From contig BCKZ01000018.1 in the NCBI GenBank assembly GCA_001600815.1, forward strand, positions 62,001-126,000: a stretch of DNA of 64,000 nucleotides, given 5' to 3'. The notes beneath the pieces were generated by a model. That model did not search any database, was not told the DNA's origin, and saw only the letters and a list, made by a program, of their open reading frames with translations. How positions within the stretch are numbered: position 1 is the stretch's first letter; every line of letters starts with the position of its first letter. Source of the DNA: Alloascoidea hylecoeti. Taxonomy: Eukaryota. The translations under genes and the position numbers were made by a program. Of this stretch, positions 47,999-60,160 are shown one piece after another.

Positions 47999-48599
47999 CA
48001 CTCTCTTTAATGGTATCCTCACAATTAAGCTTGATGGTTACAAGAAGAAAGGAGTGAATAAACTAGGAAGTGCGTATATTACAGTCTTCAGTATATCTGA
48101 GCACATAAAAAGCTCAAATATTGTGCGAATTTTATTCTCTATTTTTACGAAAGTTATAGTTAAGAATTTTAGAGGTAAATTAAGTTACATTCTATTCTGT
48201 TTAGTGGCATTCATCTGGTCTTGGTACTACTCTATCCTAGTGACCCTTGGGTATAGAATCCTTACGATGGTTATAGCAGAGTTGGAGTGAAGCGATATGG
48301 AAGACAGAGACTATATTATCCTTTTATGTTAAGTTATACTGACGTAATTTATATGATTAAATATCATGAGTAGTGCACTGTTGTTTCATCATTTTGTATA
48401 TATGGATGCAATATTCATTTTTAAAATATATAAATAAATGATAAAATAAAACTCTATAAGAGTTAATATCGTATTGAAATATTTGTGATAAATTGTTTTG
48501 ATATTAAATAATCATAATTCCTCCTATATGGTTGTATCTAATAAAAAATTATTTTTCTGATGATGCTGTTGAATATATCGTACATTTGATTTCTTCAAT

Positions 48600-48948
48600 T
48601 TATTTACCTTGTGTCAAAGCTATAATTGCTGATTCAATTCCCTTTGAATCTAATCCTTCCAAAGATGCCTTTGCTTCTCTACCAAATTCAAAACGAGCAT
48701 AAGCAGTTGGTTTAACATTTGCTGCTTCTCTAATTAGTACAGGGAGTGTTGGATTGTATTTTTTGATGACTGGATATGATTTAGTAAGAAAAGATCTAAA
48801 ATAAAATATAATGTAAGTTAGAAGGGAATACATTTTTTAAAACTTATATTTTGAAAATTTACCTTAGTGGAGTGCTTGCTTCACCAGTTTGAGACAAATG
48901 AAATCGCAATTCCTTTAAAGCTTTTGGTAGAGCATATTTAGCGGACAT
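48600..48948 (-). CDS. NI8M: Complex I accessory subunit NI8M (NDUFA2/B8); exons 48948-48863 and 48795-48600 (93 aa)
   Basis: LKELRFHLSQTGEASTPLR|SFLTKSYPVIKKYNPTLPVLIREA..PTAYARFEFGRE; intron GTAAAT..CTAAC..TAG. Confidence 0.9.
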
Positions 48949-49147
48949 TTCTGAATTATTAACAATCTTCTATAGTAATGGATGGTGGAGCAGACGAATA
49001 AGAGAACTCCAAAATAATCGCATAACCACTGTACATCCATGATGGTTATGCAAAAAATAGAAATATACGTGCTAAAATATATGCCATGCTGACTTGTACG
49101 CCGATTTGGTAAAGGAAACCTAGCTTTTCATACGATTTTGTAACTAT

Positions 49148-50989
49148 TTATTCAGAGTTTTCTCGACTACTTACGCTTGTTGAATTGTAGCTGTGTGACC
49201 TAATCGGTACTAGCGTTCCTCGTATGTCTTTAGTTGAACGTTCTAACTGGTTAAACCCAACTAATTTGTCTACAAATCTTCCAACTTTACTTGTTCGTTT
49301 CTTAACCTGATTTCTAAGACTATGTGCTTCGATGTATTCATCAAGATCTATTTCTGGAGGTTCAATATCACATGGGTTTATAAAGGAATTGGACATACCC
49401 TCACTTAGGCTTGGTGATCTATATGGTGGGAATGTCGGTGAGTCTGTCAAGTTAGGGGTACGCGCAAGCGCTGCCGGAGAAGGTTGGGTATATAATCCTT
49501 CCTCTTCTCTAGTTCCACCACTGAAAACAGATTGATTATCCCCATTGAGTCTCCTTCTAGATGAATATGATCGTATAGTAGCACCTGATATAGAACGATC
49601 ATCAAATATAGAATCCATATCCTCTAAATGTACTCCTTTAGTTTCTGGATAGAATAAAAATACAACAATTGCTGATAAAATGCAAAAAAATGCATGAATA
49701 AGATATAATCTCCAACCAATAATGTCTTGTAAAATTGGAGTTTGTTCACCAACTACCCAATTAAACGCCCAATTCCCAGCAGTTGCTAATGATGCACCTT
49801 TAGCTCTAACGCTCAATGGCATAATCTCAGAAGGAAATAACCAAGGGATTGGTCCCCACGAATAACCAAAAAATGCATTATAAATAACAACAAAAATAAC
49901 CACTAAAGTTGGTGTTGAATGAATATTAAGAAACATAAAATATGATATTAATGATAATGAAATTGCCATTACTATAGCTCCTGATAAAAGAATTACTCGT
50001 CTACCCCATCTATCAACAAGATACCATGGCACAACTGTACTTGCAAGATAAACAAGAGAATTAACACCGGTCATTAAAATTGCATCTCTTCCGACCCAAC
50101 CGGCCTGTTCAAATACTAAAGGAGCATAATATGATATTACATTAATACCATTTAATTGAGCTAATACCTGTGATGAAACCGCAATCATTAATCTTTTTTT
50201 ATAACGTTTCCACATATAAGCATATGTTCTTTCTCCTTCTAATCTTTGAATTATTATAGTTTCTTTAATATTTCTATATTCTTCTTTTGCATTTTCATTT
50301 TCAATATCACCATCTCCTTGTAATTTAGCGATTACTACAATACCATCTTCATCTCTATCAGTATCCAATAACCATCTTGGTGATTCACAGATTATATAAG
50401 ATCCAAAAAATAACAATAAAGAGCAAATACATTGAATAAATAAAGGTATTCTCCAAGATAAATGACTATTTATAAAAGATGAAAAATAATCAACCCAAAC
50501 AGATGTAGCATAACCAAATATATTACCAGTAAATTCAATACAAGCTAATTTACCTCTATTATGTGGAGGTGATATTTCTGATTGAAAAACAGGTACAATT
50601 GTTGATAATAAACCAACCCCCAAACCACTAATTATCCTACCAAATACTAAAAGATTCATACTTGTTGATAATGTTTGAAATAACCCACCAATTAAAAAAA
50701 TAAGAGCACCATATCTTATTGTTTTCTTCCTACCGATAAGATCGCCAATTTTACCAGCACATAAAGAAGATATTAAAGCTCCAACTTCTAATATAGCTAC
50801 CATAGTACCAATTACTGTACTTGAAGGCTGATTAAAATAATCAATAAAATAAGGACCTGTGATTATCCCAGACATAACCCCTTGATCATAACCAAATAAA
50901 AAAACGCCTAAACTAACAAAAATACTAGTAAAGTATAGTAGTTGTTTACCATGAAGGCCTTTTATCCTTGTAGTTGATACATCTAACAT
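49148..50989 (-). CDS. MFS sugar porter family transporter with a long C-terminal tail
   Basis: FLFGYDQG, IGRK, QLNGIN...YYAP, DRWGRR, SWGPIPW and PETKG motifs; first ATG at 50989. Confidence 0.92.
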   Translation of the reverse strand: MLDVSTTRIKGLHGKQLLYFTSIFVSLGVFLFGYDQGVMSGIITGPYFIDYFNQPSSTVIGTMVAILEVGALISSLCAGKIGDLIGRKKTIRYGALIFLIGGLFQTLSTSMNLLVFGRIISGLGVGLLSTIVPVFQSEISPPHNRGKLACIEFTGNIFGYATSVWVDYFSSFINSHLSWRIPLFIQCICSLLLFFGSYIICESPRWLLDTDRDEDGIVVIAKLQGDGDIENENAKEEYRNIKETIIIQRLEGERTYAYMWKRYKKRLMIAVSSQVLAQLNGINVISYYAPLVFEQAGWVGRDAILMTGVNSLVYLASTVVPWYLVDRWGRRVILLSGAIVMAISLSLISYFMFLNIHSTPTLVVIFVVIYNAFFGYSWGPIPWLFPSEIMPLSVRAKGASLATAGNWAFNWVVGEQTPILQDIIGWRLYLIHAFFCILSAIVVFLFYPETKGVHLEDMDSIFDDRSISGATIRSYSSRRRLNGDNQSVFSGGTREEEGLYTQPSPAALARTPNLTDSPTFPPYRSPSLSEGMSNSFINPCDIEPPEIDLDEYIEAHSLRNQVKKRTSKVGRFVDKLVGFNQLERSTKDIRGTLVPIRSHSYNSTSVSSRENSE

Positions 50990-52079
50990 CTCTATCACAC
51001 TGTAAAAAAATTCTTTAAATCGAAAAGAAAGAAAATAATACCTGGGATGATTTTTCAAAATAGAGCCCGAAAAACGGTTCAGATTTTAAATCTAAAGTTT
51101 AGTTTATGATACATAATCAAGAGTTTCGCATTGTGACGTCGGTTATAACATTATCAGATTAATGTTGATGAAAATGAGATGATGTAATCTGTTTGTGTAA
51201 AATGTGGTTAAATGTCACTTCAAAATAAACAATTAAATGTGTAAAGTATATCCTATAGATAACTGAACCGATAATTAAATTCAGCCAAGATAAAGGATGG
51301 TATGCCTAAGAGGCTATCACGTTAAGCCGATTTCAATACCTGATTATTCTGATTTAAAAAGCTCTTTTACCCGGCTGTAAGAAAAGTGTGTAATGAATCT
51401 TCGTCAGACCGATAACTGATAATCAGTGAAGCCGAATGTGCTCAAAAATATGGCCGTAATTAAGTGAAATGACTGATAGAAGTATTTATTTGGGCAGGTA
51501 CAGAACTAGACGGGTCAAGTCTAAACGTACTATTTCGGGTCATCATCACTTCAGATAAAAATGGAAATATTGTGTATAATCGGCTGCTAAGTGCTCTACA
51601 AGGCCTTAAACTGTTCTCCAAATGGTAGATAATCTTCCGTAAAATCTAGAGATTATTTTGGTCAACGTAAATGGAATTTTATGTTTATATTTAGTGTGAG
51701 CGCCCTTAACGTTATAAACGGAACCGGCTGTTACTTTACAACTCATGCCATGAAGTATTAGGAGTCTTTTTAGGACCACGATGATCACTCTTTACAATGC
51801 AGTACAACCACATTTCGATATTACAGCTCTGGTCATGAGACTTAAATCCCCAGATTTTCTTATTTTATGAATATTTTGAGGTTCAAAGGCTTGGCCTGAC
51901 TGTCGTCGAATATATAATTTTTATGACCCGGATACCGTAGCGGTCGAACATTCGTCATTGAGTACAACACCATCCCAAACATTATGAGCTTACTCGTCTA
52001 TCTTTATACTATAACATTCCGTTTCTTTGATTCTTTGCAATTAGAAAAGGCACTTTACCTTACAGGTCTATAATATTCC

Positions 52080-52450
52080 ATATTCATGCCTTTTGATGGG
52101 TTCTTAGAGTGGTACCTGAGAGAAACCCACTATGCCAGCTTAATCTTGACCTGGCTGTAACTTGAACTGGCACATCATACAATCCCATATGCATGACATC
52201 CAAAACAGGACAGAACAGAACACATAAATTAGATTCCAAAGACCTTCGCGATTAATTCCCATTATATGTAATTTTATTGGCACTGCATGTTATGGACATT
52301 AGAAAACCGCTGTACATGTAGTCCTTGAAAGCTGCAGTTTGAAGCCTACATTGTTTGTTTGAGCTTCAATGTAAATCACAAGTATGGATAATATGGAGAA
52401 CCAATTGTCCTGCTCAGTAATGACACATGGGTCAGTATTAGCAACGTGTA
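52080..52450 (-). mobile_element. Possible heavily decayed Ty1/copia reverse transcriptase fragment
   Basis: Minus-strand NTDPCV..ILVIYIEA, then across frameshifts AR..D..VGF(L)S RY.S.NPSK.H; resembles copia DPCLY..VYVDD and TRPD..VGFLSRY..NP..H. Needs several frameshifts. Confidence 0.25.
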
Positions 52451-53485
52451 GCATTGGGTTATTTCCGTGAGTATCACGTTTACGAATATATATGTTAGAT
52501 CCTGAGATAGAGACTAGTTAATAGATATATATCTCCAAAGAAGATTGAATATAGTTATTATAAGATCTCAGAGTGAAAAGTATCAATGTTATAACTCATT
52601 ATACAATACACAACAATATTTTTGATTGTGCAGCCAATATTTCAATAATTTTAAGCTTAATTAAAAACAAAGTGCATACGCATAACTTATAAGGTAGTAT
52701 ATTAAATACGTATACCAATTAATAATTGAATTGAAACCATATATATACAATTATATAAGCGTTTCGATAGTGATTACTTAATTAATTACTATTTTTAGTA
52801 TCAAGGCTTAAATACAATTAAGAATTTAAGAGATTGTCTAGTACATCTACTATCTAGTCGTTTTCTTGAAATTTCTCTCTAGAGTTGAAACTGTTATATT
52901 AAAAGCTTCATTAAATACCGCTGCTTCCCGTAGTTTCGCTTTCCATTGAAAACTTCAGCTATATAGCTATATAGTACCTTTCTGTAATCCTCGATTCCTC
53001 AAGGTCTATTAATATCTTAGACAAACGTTGCATATATGTAATTATAACTAAGTTGTTATAATAACTAGGACTATATTTATATCGCTAGATATAGATCAAA
53101 GAATATCATATATAGTCTAATTTCATAATGTGTTAGGCCCAATTAATATAACCACACAAATTTGCAAAAGTTATAGCTATATTCCTTGCATTGATATTGC
53201 CATGTATCTTCAACTGATTCATATATGGCAATTGCAATATTAATATACATTTCTCATATAGACTATATAAATTTAAAATTATTGTAAAACATTTAAACTC
53301 GCATATCAATGTCATAGATGTATATTTCTTGCTGGAATATATAAGCGCTGTATACCGGTATATAAGTAACTATAGAATATAATTGTCGTTATATTTACTT
53401 TACTACAATAATAATCATTACATGGACACCCTATTTTTTAACTAAAAAATAAAACTCCATTTCATCATTGCAATTGAATTATAAA

Positions 53486-54397
53486 ATGGTAGAATCAAAA
53501 TATGTTGATGAGTCTGTTGAATTCGATGGCACCGTTTTCAAAACCAGATATTGGCCAGCGTCAAAATCAGCCGATGACAACAGTGAACCAATAGCAGATA
53601 TCATTTATGTTCATGGATTTTCAGAACATGCTGCAAAATATACTGAATTTGCAGAATTTTTGTCTTCTAAAGGTTATAATTTCTTCTTTTATGATCAACG
53701 TGGTTTTGGTGAAACATGTCGGGATAAAGGAGATATTGCAAGAACAACAAATGCACATCAATTGAAAGATGCAGATTTTTTCGTTAAAAGAATCTTAGAC
53801 AGAAAAGACTATACCGGTAAATTATACCTCTTAGGACATTCAATGGGTGGTGCTTTAGCTCTACAGTATTCAATAATGGGGAAATATAGAGATCAATTAA
53901 AAGGTATTGTTTCTTCAGCTCCAATGATTACACCTTATCCGTCAATTAGTCCAAATTTCTTTATTCGTCATTTTGTATTGCCAATAGCATCAATTTTATA
54001 TCCATTTGGTCATATGAAAACAAATCTTACAGATTATTTGTCCCATAATATAGCAGTAAAAGATGAATTTTACTCAAATAAATTGTCACCATGTATAATT
54101 ACTTTCAAACAAGTATATGATATGATAAATTTGGGTGTTAAATTGAAAAACTTTGAATTTGCAAAATCAATTAAACGAGACTTACCTATTTTGATCCAAC
54201 AAGGAACCGATGATAATGTCTCTGATATTAAAGGAGCACGATCATTTATCAGTCATGGATTTAAAATGGTAAGAATGATTGAATATCCTGGTGCTTATCA
54301 TTATTTATACTGTGAATCAGAAGAATATAAAAAGAATATCTTTGATGATTTAGCGGAGTTTTTGAAAGATCCAGAAGCCCTAATTGAAAGTTTGTAA
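53486..54397 (+). CDS. YJU3: Monoglyceride lipase / lysophospholipase (alpha/beta hydrolase)
   Basis: VHGFSEH, DQRGFGET, nucleophile elbow GHSMGG, GTDD and GAYH; ATG at 53486. Confidence 0.85.
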   Translation: MVESKYVDESVEFDGTVFKTRYWPASKSADDNSEPIADIIYVHGFSEHAAKYTEFAEFLSSKGYNFFFYDQRGFGETCRDKGDIARTTNAHQLKDADFFVKRILDRKDYTGKLYLLGHSMGGALALQYSIMGKYRDQLKGIVSSAPMITPYPSISPNFFIRHFVLPIASILYPFGHMKTNLTDYLSHNIAVKDEFYSNKLSPCIITFKQVYDMINLGVKLKNFEFAKSIKRDLPILIQQGTDDNVSDIKGARSFISHGFKMVRMIEYPGAYHYLYCESEEYKKNIFDDLAEFLKDPEALIESL

Positions 54398-55003
54398 TAT
54401 TTTAATTTATTGAAGTGACTATATCAACTTATAGTTCTAGAAATATAGACAGCGTATATAACGTAAATAGACTAATAGATTCGAGTACGTTCTTTTTGAT
54501 TTAAAATCATAAAGAAAACCAATAATTAAGGATAATAGAAGCCTTGTTGTTTATGCGTAAACGTATCATAATTAACTGAAATAGAACAGATAAAAAATCA
54601 GATACCTGCTCCCAATACTTATGGAAAACCCGTCTAACAAACAACTTTCAAAATTGATAAAATTAACGATCAGAATTCAACACAACCAATAAATGTAACA
54701 AATGTAATGTGATTTCGAATTTGCAAATATGATCAGCAGAAAATATACAAATCTTTAACTGGAACAATTATAAAATGTTCATCCATCCTTTCTCCAAGGC
54801 TACCAAATACAGTTATTTCTACTTAATTTCGGCAACCTGGGAAAAAACTCAATAATTTGCCACGCCATTCTGAACGAGCTCCACCGACCAATATATGATG
54901 ATCATCATGGCCGATATTAAGAAAAACCTTAACTAATAAAACATCCATACACCCAAACCTATCACTTGTTAAATTTAGATATCTTCCATATAGACAAATA
55001 TTA

Positions 55004-55689
55004 ATGTCTTCTTCACGGTATGTCTATATTGTTATTGCAGTCCAAAGATCTATCATCAAACTAATGTGAATGAGCAGATATTCGAGTCAAGCCCATCAAA
55101 GGGATTATAGAACACAGTTATTCGACTATTCGGCACATTCCACTCCTTCTAATAGCGCGAGGTCAACACCATCACTCCAGGAACAACATGCTCAATTTAA
55201 TAATCCGTATGGTGGAAACACACATCAAAATTTGAGCTCCGAAGAGGTTATGTCAAAACTGGAATCTCAAAATGATGATGCCATGGAAGGATTAAGTCAA
55301 AAAATTAAAACACTAAAAGAAGTATGAATTATAAAGTTACAGATGCGTGTGAGGTGTCATTATCATTCTTTATATTATGTAATTTTGTTAACATTGAATA
55401 TTATAGGTTACTTTAAAAATTGGTGATGAGATACGGGATTCTAACAAGTTTTTGGGTGGACTGGTAAGTTATTCTCACAAAATTTAGCTGATCTTTTGGT
55501 ACCTTATCTATATTAACAATATCCAACACAAACTAATAGGAAAACAATTTCGATAATGCTCGACTTAAATTGAAAAACACTTTTACGAGGATGATGGTTA
55601 TGCATCAAAGATCAGGGATTAGTTGGAAAACTTGGTTGCTCGTTTTCAGTTTAGTTGCCTTTGTTTTCTTCTATGTTCGATTCTTTTAA
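55004..55689 (+). CDS. BET1: ER-Golgi SNARE Bet1; exons 55004-55017, 55078-55321, 55407-55463, 55540-55689 (154 aa)
   Basis: HQRDYRTQLF, LESQNDD..GLSQKIKTLKE|VTLKIGDEIRDSN, KLKNTFTRMMVM..RSGISWKTW and a C-terminal TM; three GT-AG introns join in frame. Confidence 0.92.
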
Positions 55690-58303
55690 ACTCTCAGTAT
55701 AATATTAATTATTTATAACTAATAAGAAGCTTTCAAGTCTTCTGACATTAAAAAAGAAGTGAAAGTTCTTCAAAACTTGCATGATCATATAGAATTTTTG
55801 TTGTGATTAGCTAATTTTAATGTTACATTCAAACTAATTATAATCATATATAGCGATCCATTTGCATTGGAAGAGTTCAAGTTTAAACTTCATTACCTGG
55901 AGTGATAATGATCGAACACTTCGTACTATACATTCGAACATTCGAAAGCAATCGCAATCATAAGTGTGTATTATGTATATTAGTGTGTCATAGCTGAAAA
56001 GATAATTGTTGATTTCGTAAACACTAAGAGAGCAATCCACTATATATATAAATCGACAAAACTTTCAAACAGCTGATATTTAAATGGAAATCTATCCCGT
56101 TTGCATTTTTTATTTTATGATTAACTGCAAGTTTATTAATGGTCTTCTGTTTCAAATCTATATAAGTAATCATTGGTGCTTTGCTTTCAAAAATTCCATT
56201 TAAAAATTAATTCATTTTCTCACTCTATGTCCACACTTCATATATAATTGCAGTTCCTACGAAACCCGAAACCCGAAAGGCCAGAAATGCCAATATCAAC
56301 TTCATTGATCTAGTTATACATGTACTTCTTGTAAAATAGCATTGGCTATTGATCTACATTCCATTGTTATTAGGCATCCAATTTATCGTTTCAAATTTTA
56401 AAGATAGAGGGATCTTAGTTTATATGCCAAATTGTATATTTAGTAGGTAAGAAACATAATATAACTAGTGACTGAGGCGGATGTGGAGAAATATTTTTAA
56501 TGATTGTTCACTTGTAACATAATCGAATTCTCTCAGCTAATAGTCAATCAAAAGCTTAAGTTGTCTTTATTTCAACAATCTGTTTCCAAGTAATAATACA
56601 TATAATAATCATAGTATATCTAACTACATAAGCGCAAAAAAAAAATCTTCATTTTAGAGCTCGAGGTTCCGATTACTTTCTCTGACGCCATGAAAACTCA
56701 TAACAGTTGAGTATGTGGTAACTGTATTTTAAAAACTTTCAGTATATTTTCTATATAGAGTATTTATTTTCATAGTAATAATATTTCTCTTGACTCCTTC
56801 TCTTCTACTTATTTGCCCCACGAAATTCTTTTTACTCAGTATTAACTATAATCCATGTATCCGCCTATCAAGGGATTACATTAGTAAGGTAACCCACGGT
56901 AGTTTTAGGAAAGATGGTCTAGAAAAGGGCATACAAATAGGTAAATAAAAAGGGTAGGGGGACTAATTCTATTAATAATAAAATCAGAATATTCAGCAAA
57001 ATGAGGTGAGGTGATGGGCGAGTATTCTAGAATAATATGGGGAATGAATGGTACCACCATCATCTGAATATATCTCATGGATAAACTGGCCGCGTAACAT
57101 TGTCTATCAAAAACATTGCCAAACTAATACTGATCATCATATATTTCTTACTTGAGCTATTTTGGCATTGTTAATTAATTGTAAGTATTCATAGTCAAAA
57201 TTAAGCCTTCTTTTGACCAGCAGGATTCATGATCATTCTTACTTGATAAATTTACCACTTTTCCCTCTTGGTTGGGATAATCTCTAAAAAATAAAATCAT
57301 AAGGGTTAGCCCTCGATGTAAGTTTTATGGTTGACACATAGCTCGAACTCGATGCATATATGCTTCGATTGATATAAGATTGATATCGATTGCTCACGTT
57401 GATAATTCTTTATGAATTTCTATAGATAGCTATTCATATGATTTCCATGACCAACATTAATTATTATGCAAGCATTTATTTATTTAGCCTATAAGTATCG
57501 GGAGTAAGCTGAATTTCTTTACCCATTATTTCTTTACTTTATTAAAACAGTTCTATATTTCATTATTATTCAACTTTAATATTAAATGGTAATAAAATTT
57601 TGAAGCCACAATATACGTACTATGGTAGCCAGATAAATTTTATTTATTCAGTTTCGGTTTGATCTTAATTAATGCCCTCTATTCAATATGGTTGCTTTCA
57701 ACTCTATTATTTTGTTCAAAGTCGTGAATTCATTAATACATTTTTTTAATTTGAATTTAATTTTAGACTTCTTCTTGACAATTTTTCTTTCAATATGTGG
57801 AGCTGGTATTGGTATTTACTTATTTTCTGTAGGTGGGATTATTCTGTATACATGCATATGTCATAATTGGTAATTAATCTCCAGCAGATTTCAATTATAC
57901 TTAGTTGAGTTATTCTGAATATATGTGAAAACGACACTTCTACACTATAGCTGAATATATAATCATTCGTAATTATAAAATCGAATTATCGGATCTAATT
58001 TACATTAATAAATTGTACAGATCATAATACAGATACGATAAACTTTTGAATAAAATCTGTTTATCAATTAAAAAGAGTAATTATTAGCATTTTGGAATGA
58101 TATATTCGGCCCGAATTATCTTTTAACACTATGATTATGTTAAGATCTTTTTATACCAATCGTTATCTGAATCAAAATATGCATAAAGTTTAATGAGCAC
58201 TAGTAATAAATTCTTTATATATATTTATAATTGTTTTCCTAAGTTTTGAGACTATGTAAATTTAAAATAAGAAATAGTTATAGGTATAGAATACGTATTA
58301 ATA

Positions 58304-59482
58304 TTAATATTGAATCTCAGCTTCAGCGTTTTTAATTGTCTTTTGGAAACTTTTCATTGGTTTTAATCCCCATTTTTCTAGCATTGCTATATCATCTGGC
58401 CATCCGGTACAATGAGTAGTCAACATTCTTTTACCAGTAAAAATAGCATTAACACCAGCCATAAAGCATAAAACTTGTTCTGGTTCCTTCATGGTATATC
58501 GACCAGCAGATAATCTAACAATACTGGTAGGCATAAGTAGCCTCGCAGTAGCAATAGTTCTTAACATATCATCAAATTTTATCTCTCTATGAAGAGGATT
58601 ATCACCTAATGGTGTTCCTTTAACAGGTACCAATCTATTAATCGGAACGCTTTCAGGATGTTCAGGTAATGTTGATAATGTGTACAAAAAGCTAATTCTA
58701 TCTTCCTCAGTTTCACCCAATCCAACAATACCACCAGAACAAACTTTAATACCAGATTCTCTAACTTTCGAAAGTGTATCTAATCTCTCATCATAAGTTC
58801 TGGTAGTGATAATTTCTGGATAATATTCCCTTGAAGTATCTATGTTATGATTATATGCAGTTAAACCAGCTTCTTTTAACACTTGTGCTTGCTCTTTATT
58901 AATCATTCCTAAGGTTACACAACTTTCCATTCCCATATCATTAATTGCCTTTACCATTGTTGCAATTTTCTTTAAACCGGATTTTCTTCCTTTCATATCA
59001 CGCCATGCTGCCCCCATACAAAATCGTGTCGATCCATTTTCTTTAGCTTCCTTAGCTGCTTCAATGACTTCATCGACAGGCATTAATTTTTCAGCTTTTA
59101 CCCCAGTTGCATTCTTCGACGATTGAGGACAATATTTACAGTCTTCAGTACAACCTCCAGTTTTAATACTTAACAATGAACATAATTGAATTTCTGAAGG
59201 ATCATGAAATCTTTGATGAATAGTTTGAGCTGAATACAATAAATGCATCAATGGTGTTTTATATATAGAAGAAATTTGTTCTTTCGTCCATGTGGTAGTT
59301 GGTTTGCTTTGCTTCAGGGCATATTTTAATGGATCTTCATTTTGTAAAGAAGTTGACGGATTTGGATGATGAGAAGGGATAGTTGGCTTGAATGTATGGG
59401 GAGTCCAAGTTGCAAGAGATCTAGAACTACACAGCAAAGGTTTAATTGCCGAGGAAATTGTAAAAGATCTTGTGGATAGCAT
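58304..59482 (-). CDS. BIO2: Biotin synthase (radical SAM)
   Basis: CTEDCKYCPQS, RFCMGAAWR, YNHNIDTS and CSGGIVGLGE motifs; mitochondrial presequence. Confidence 0.97.
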   Translation of the reverse strand: MLSTRSFTISSAIKPLLCSSRSLATWTPHTFKPTIPSHHPNPSTSLQNEDPLKYALKQSKPTTTWTKEQISSIYKTPLMHLLYSAQTIHQRFHDPSEIQLCSLLSIKTGGCTEDCKYCPQSSKNATGVKAEKLMPVDEVIEAAKEAKENGSTRFCMGAAWRDMKGRKSGLKKIATMVKAINDMGMESCVTLGMINKEQAQVLKEAGLTAYNHNIDTSREYYPEIITTRTYDERLDTLSKVRESGIKVCSGGIVGLGETEEDRISFLYTLSTLPEHPESVPINRLVPVKGTPLGDNPLHREIKFDDMLRTIATARLLMPTSIVRLSAGRYTMKEPEQVLCFMAGVNAIFTGKRMLTTHCTGWPDDIAMLEKWGLKPMKSFQKTIKNAEAEIQY

Positions 59483-59762
59483 TGTGGTTTCAAGATATAT
59501 AAAAAGAAAATTGAGACAATTAAAAATGAAGAAGAGATTTAAATTGGACTAGAGTTATTCCAATTGATTTGAATCACTTGTTTATAAGCCAAGCTTAATT
59601 ATAAGTTTGTAATTATAAGGGGGTATATAATGTGTGGATTGGTTTATTATATGAATATTATAACTCAACAATTAATTATAATCTTAGATCGAGAATTTAC
59701 AAGAAAACCTAACCAATAAGAAATCCAGCCATGGCTTATGATTATAAATATATGGTTATGCA

Positions 59763-59837
59763 TGAGTCTGATTGGTTAATGACTCACATGATTACATTTC
59801 TTAATTATAAATGACTCCGATGACTCGGATGATTCAT
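59763..59837. promoter_or_regulatory. Cluster of TGACTC/TGACTCA (Gcn4/Vhr1-like) sites upstream of BIO2
   Basis: TGAGTC at 59763, TGACTCA at 59780, TGACTC at 59812 and 59821, TGATTCA at 59830. Confidence 0.6.
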
Positions 59838-60160
59838 GCAGCTACACATTTCACATAGGCTATACGAGCGCTACGATTTAATTGGATATTTCGACAACCA
59901 CAATTTGCTATGATATATTCATTTTTATTTTATTTTGTACGGTGAGGTTCGTTTTTACCTTTCGGTAATTATTATGGAACAAACTATGAGAATACAGGTT
60001 CGAAGTAGAGAAAAAGGGTAAAGTCATGGTGTGTAATTTATAGGCCGGTATTAGATATACTCTGGCTTGACTTTTTTTAAATTTTCCACTTAAACCTATT
60101 ATTAAGTATAACATCTCATTGGTGTAATAATAACTCTTAGTTGATCTTAATTTTAATAAG

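Noticed and set aside
59940..60010. GGTTCG motifs suggesting tRNA T-loops
   Set aside because: No cloverleaf or A-box could be built.
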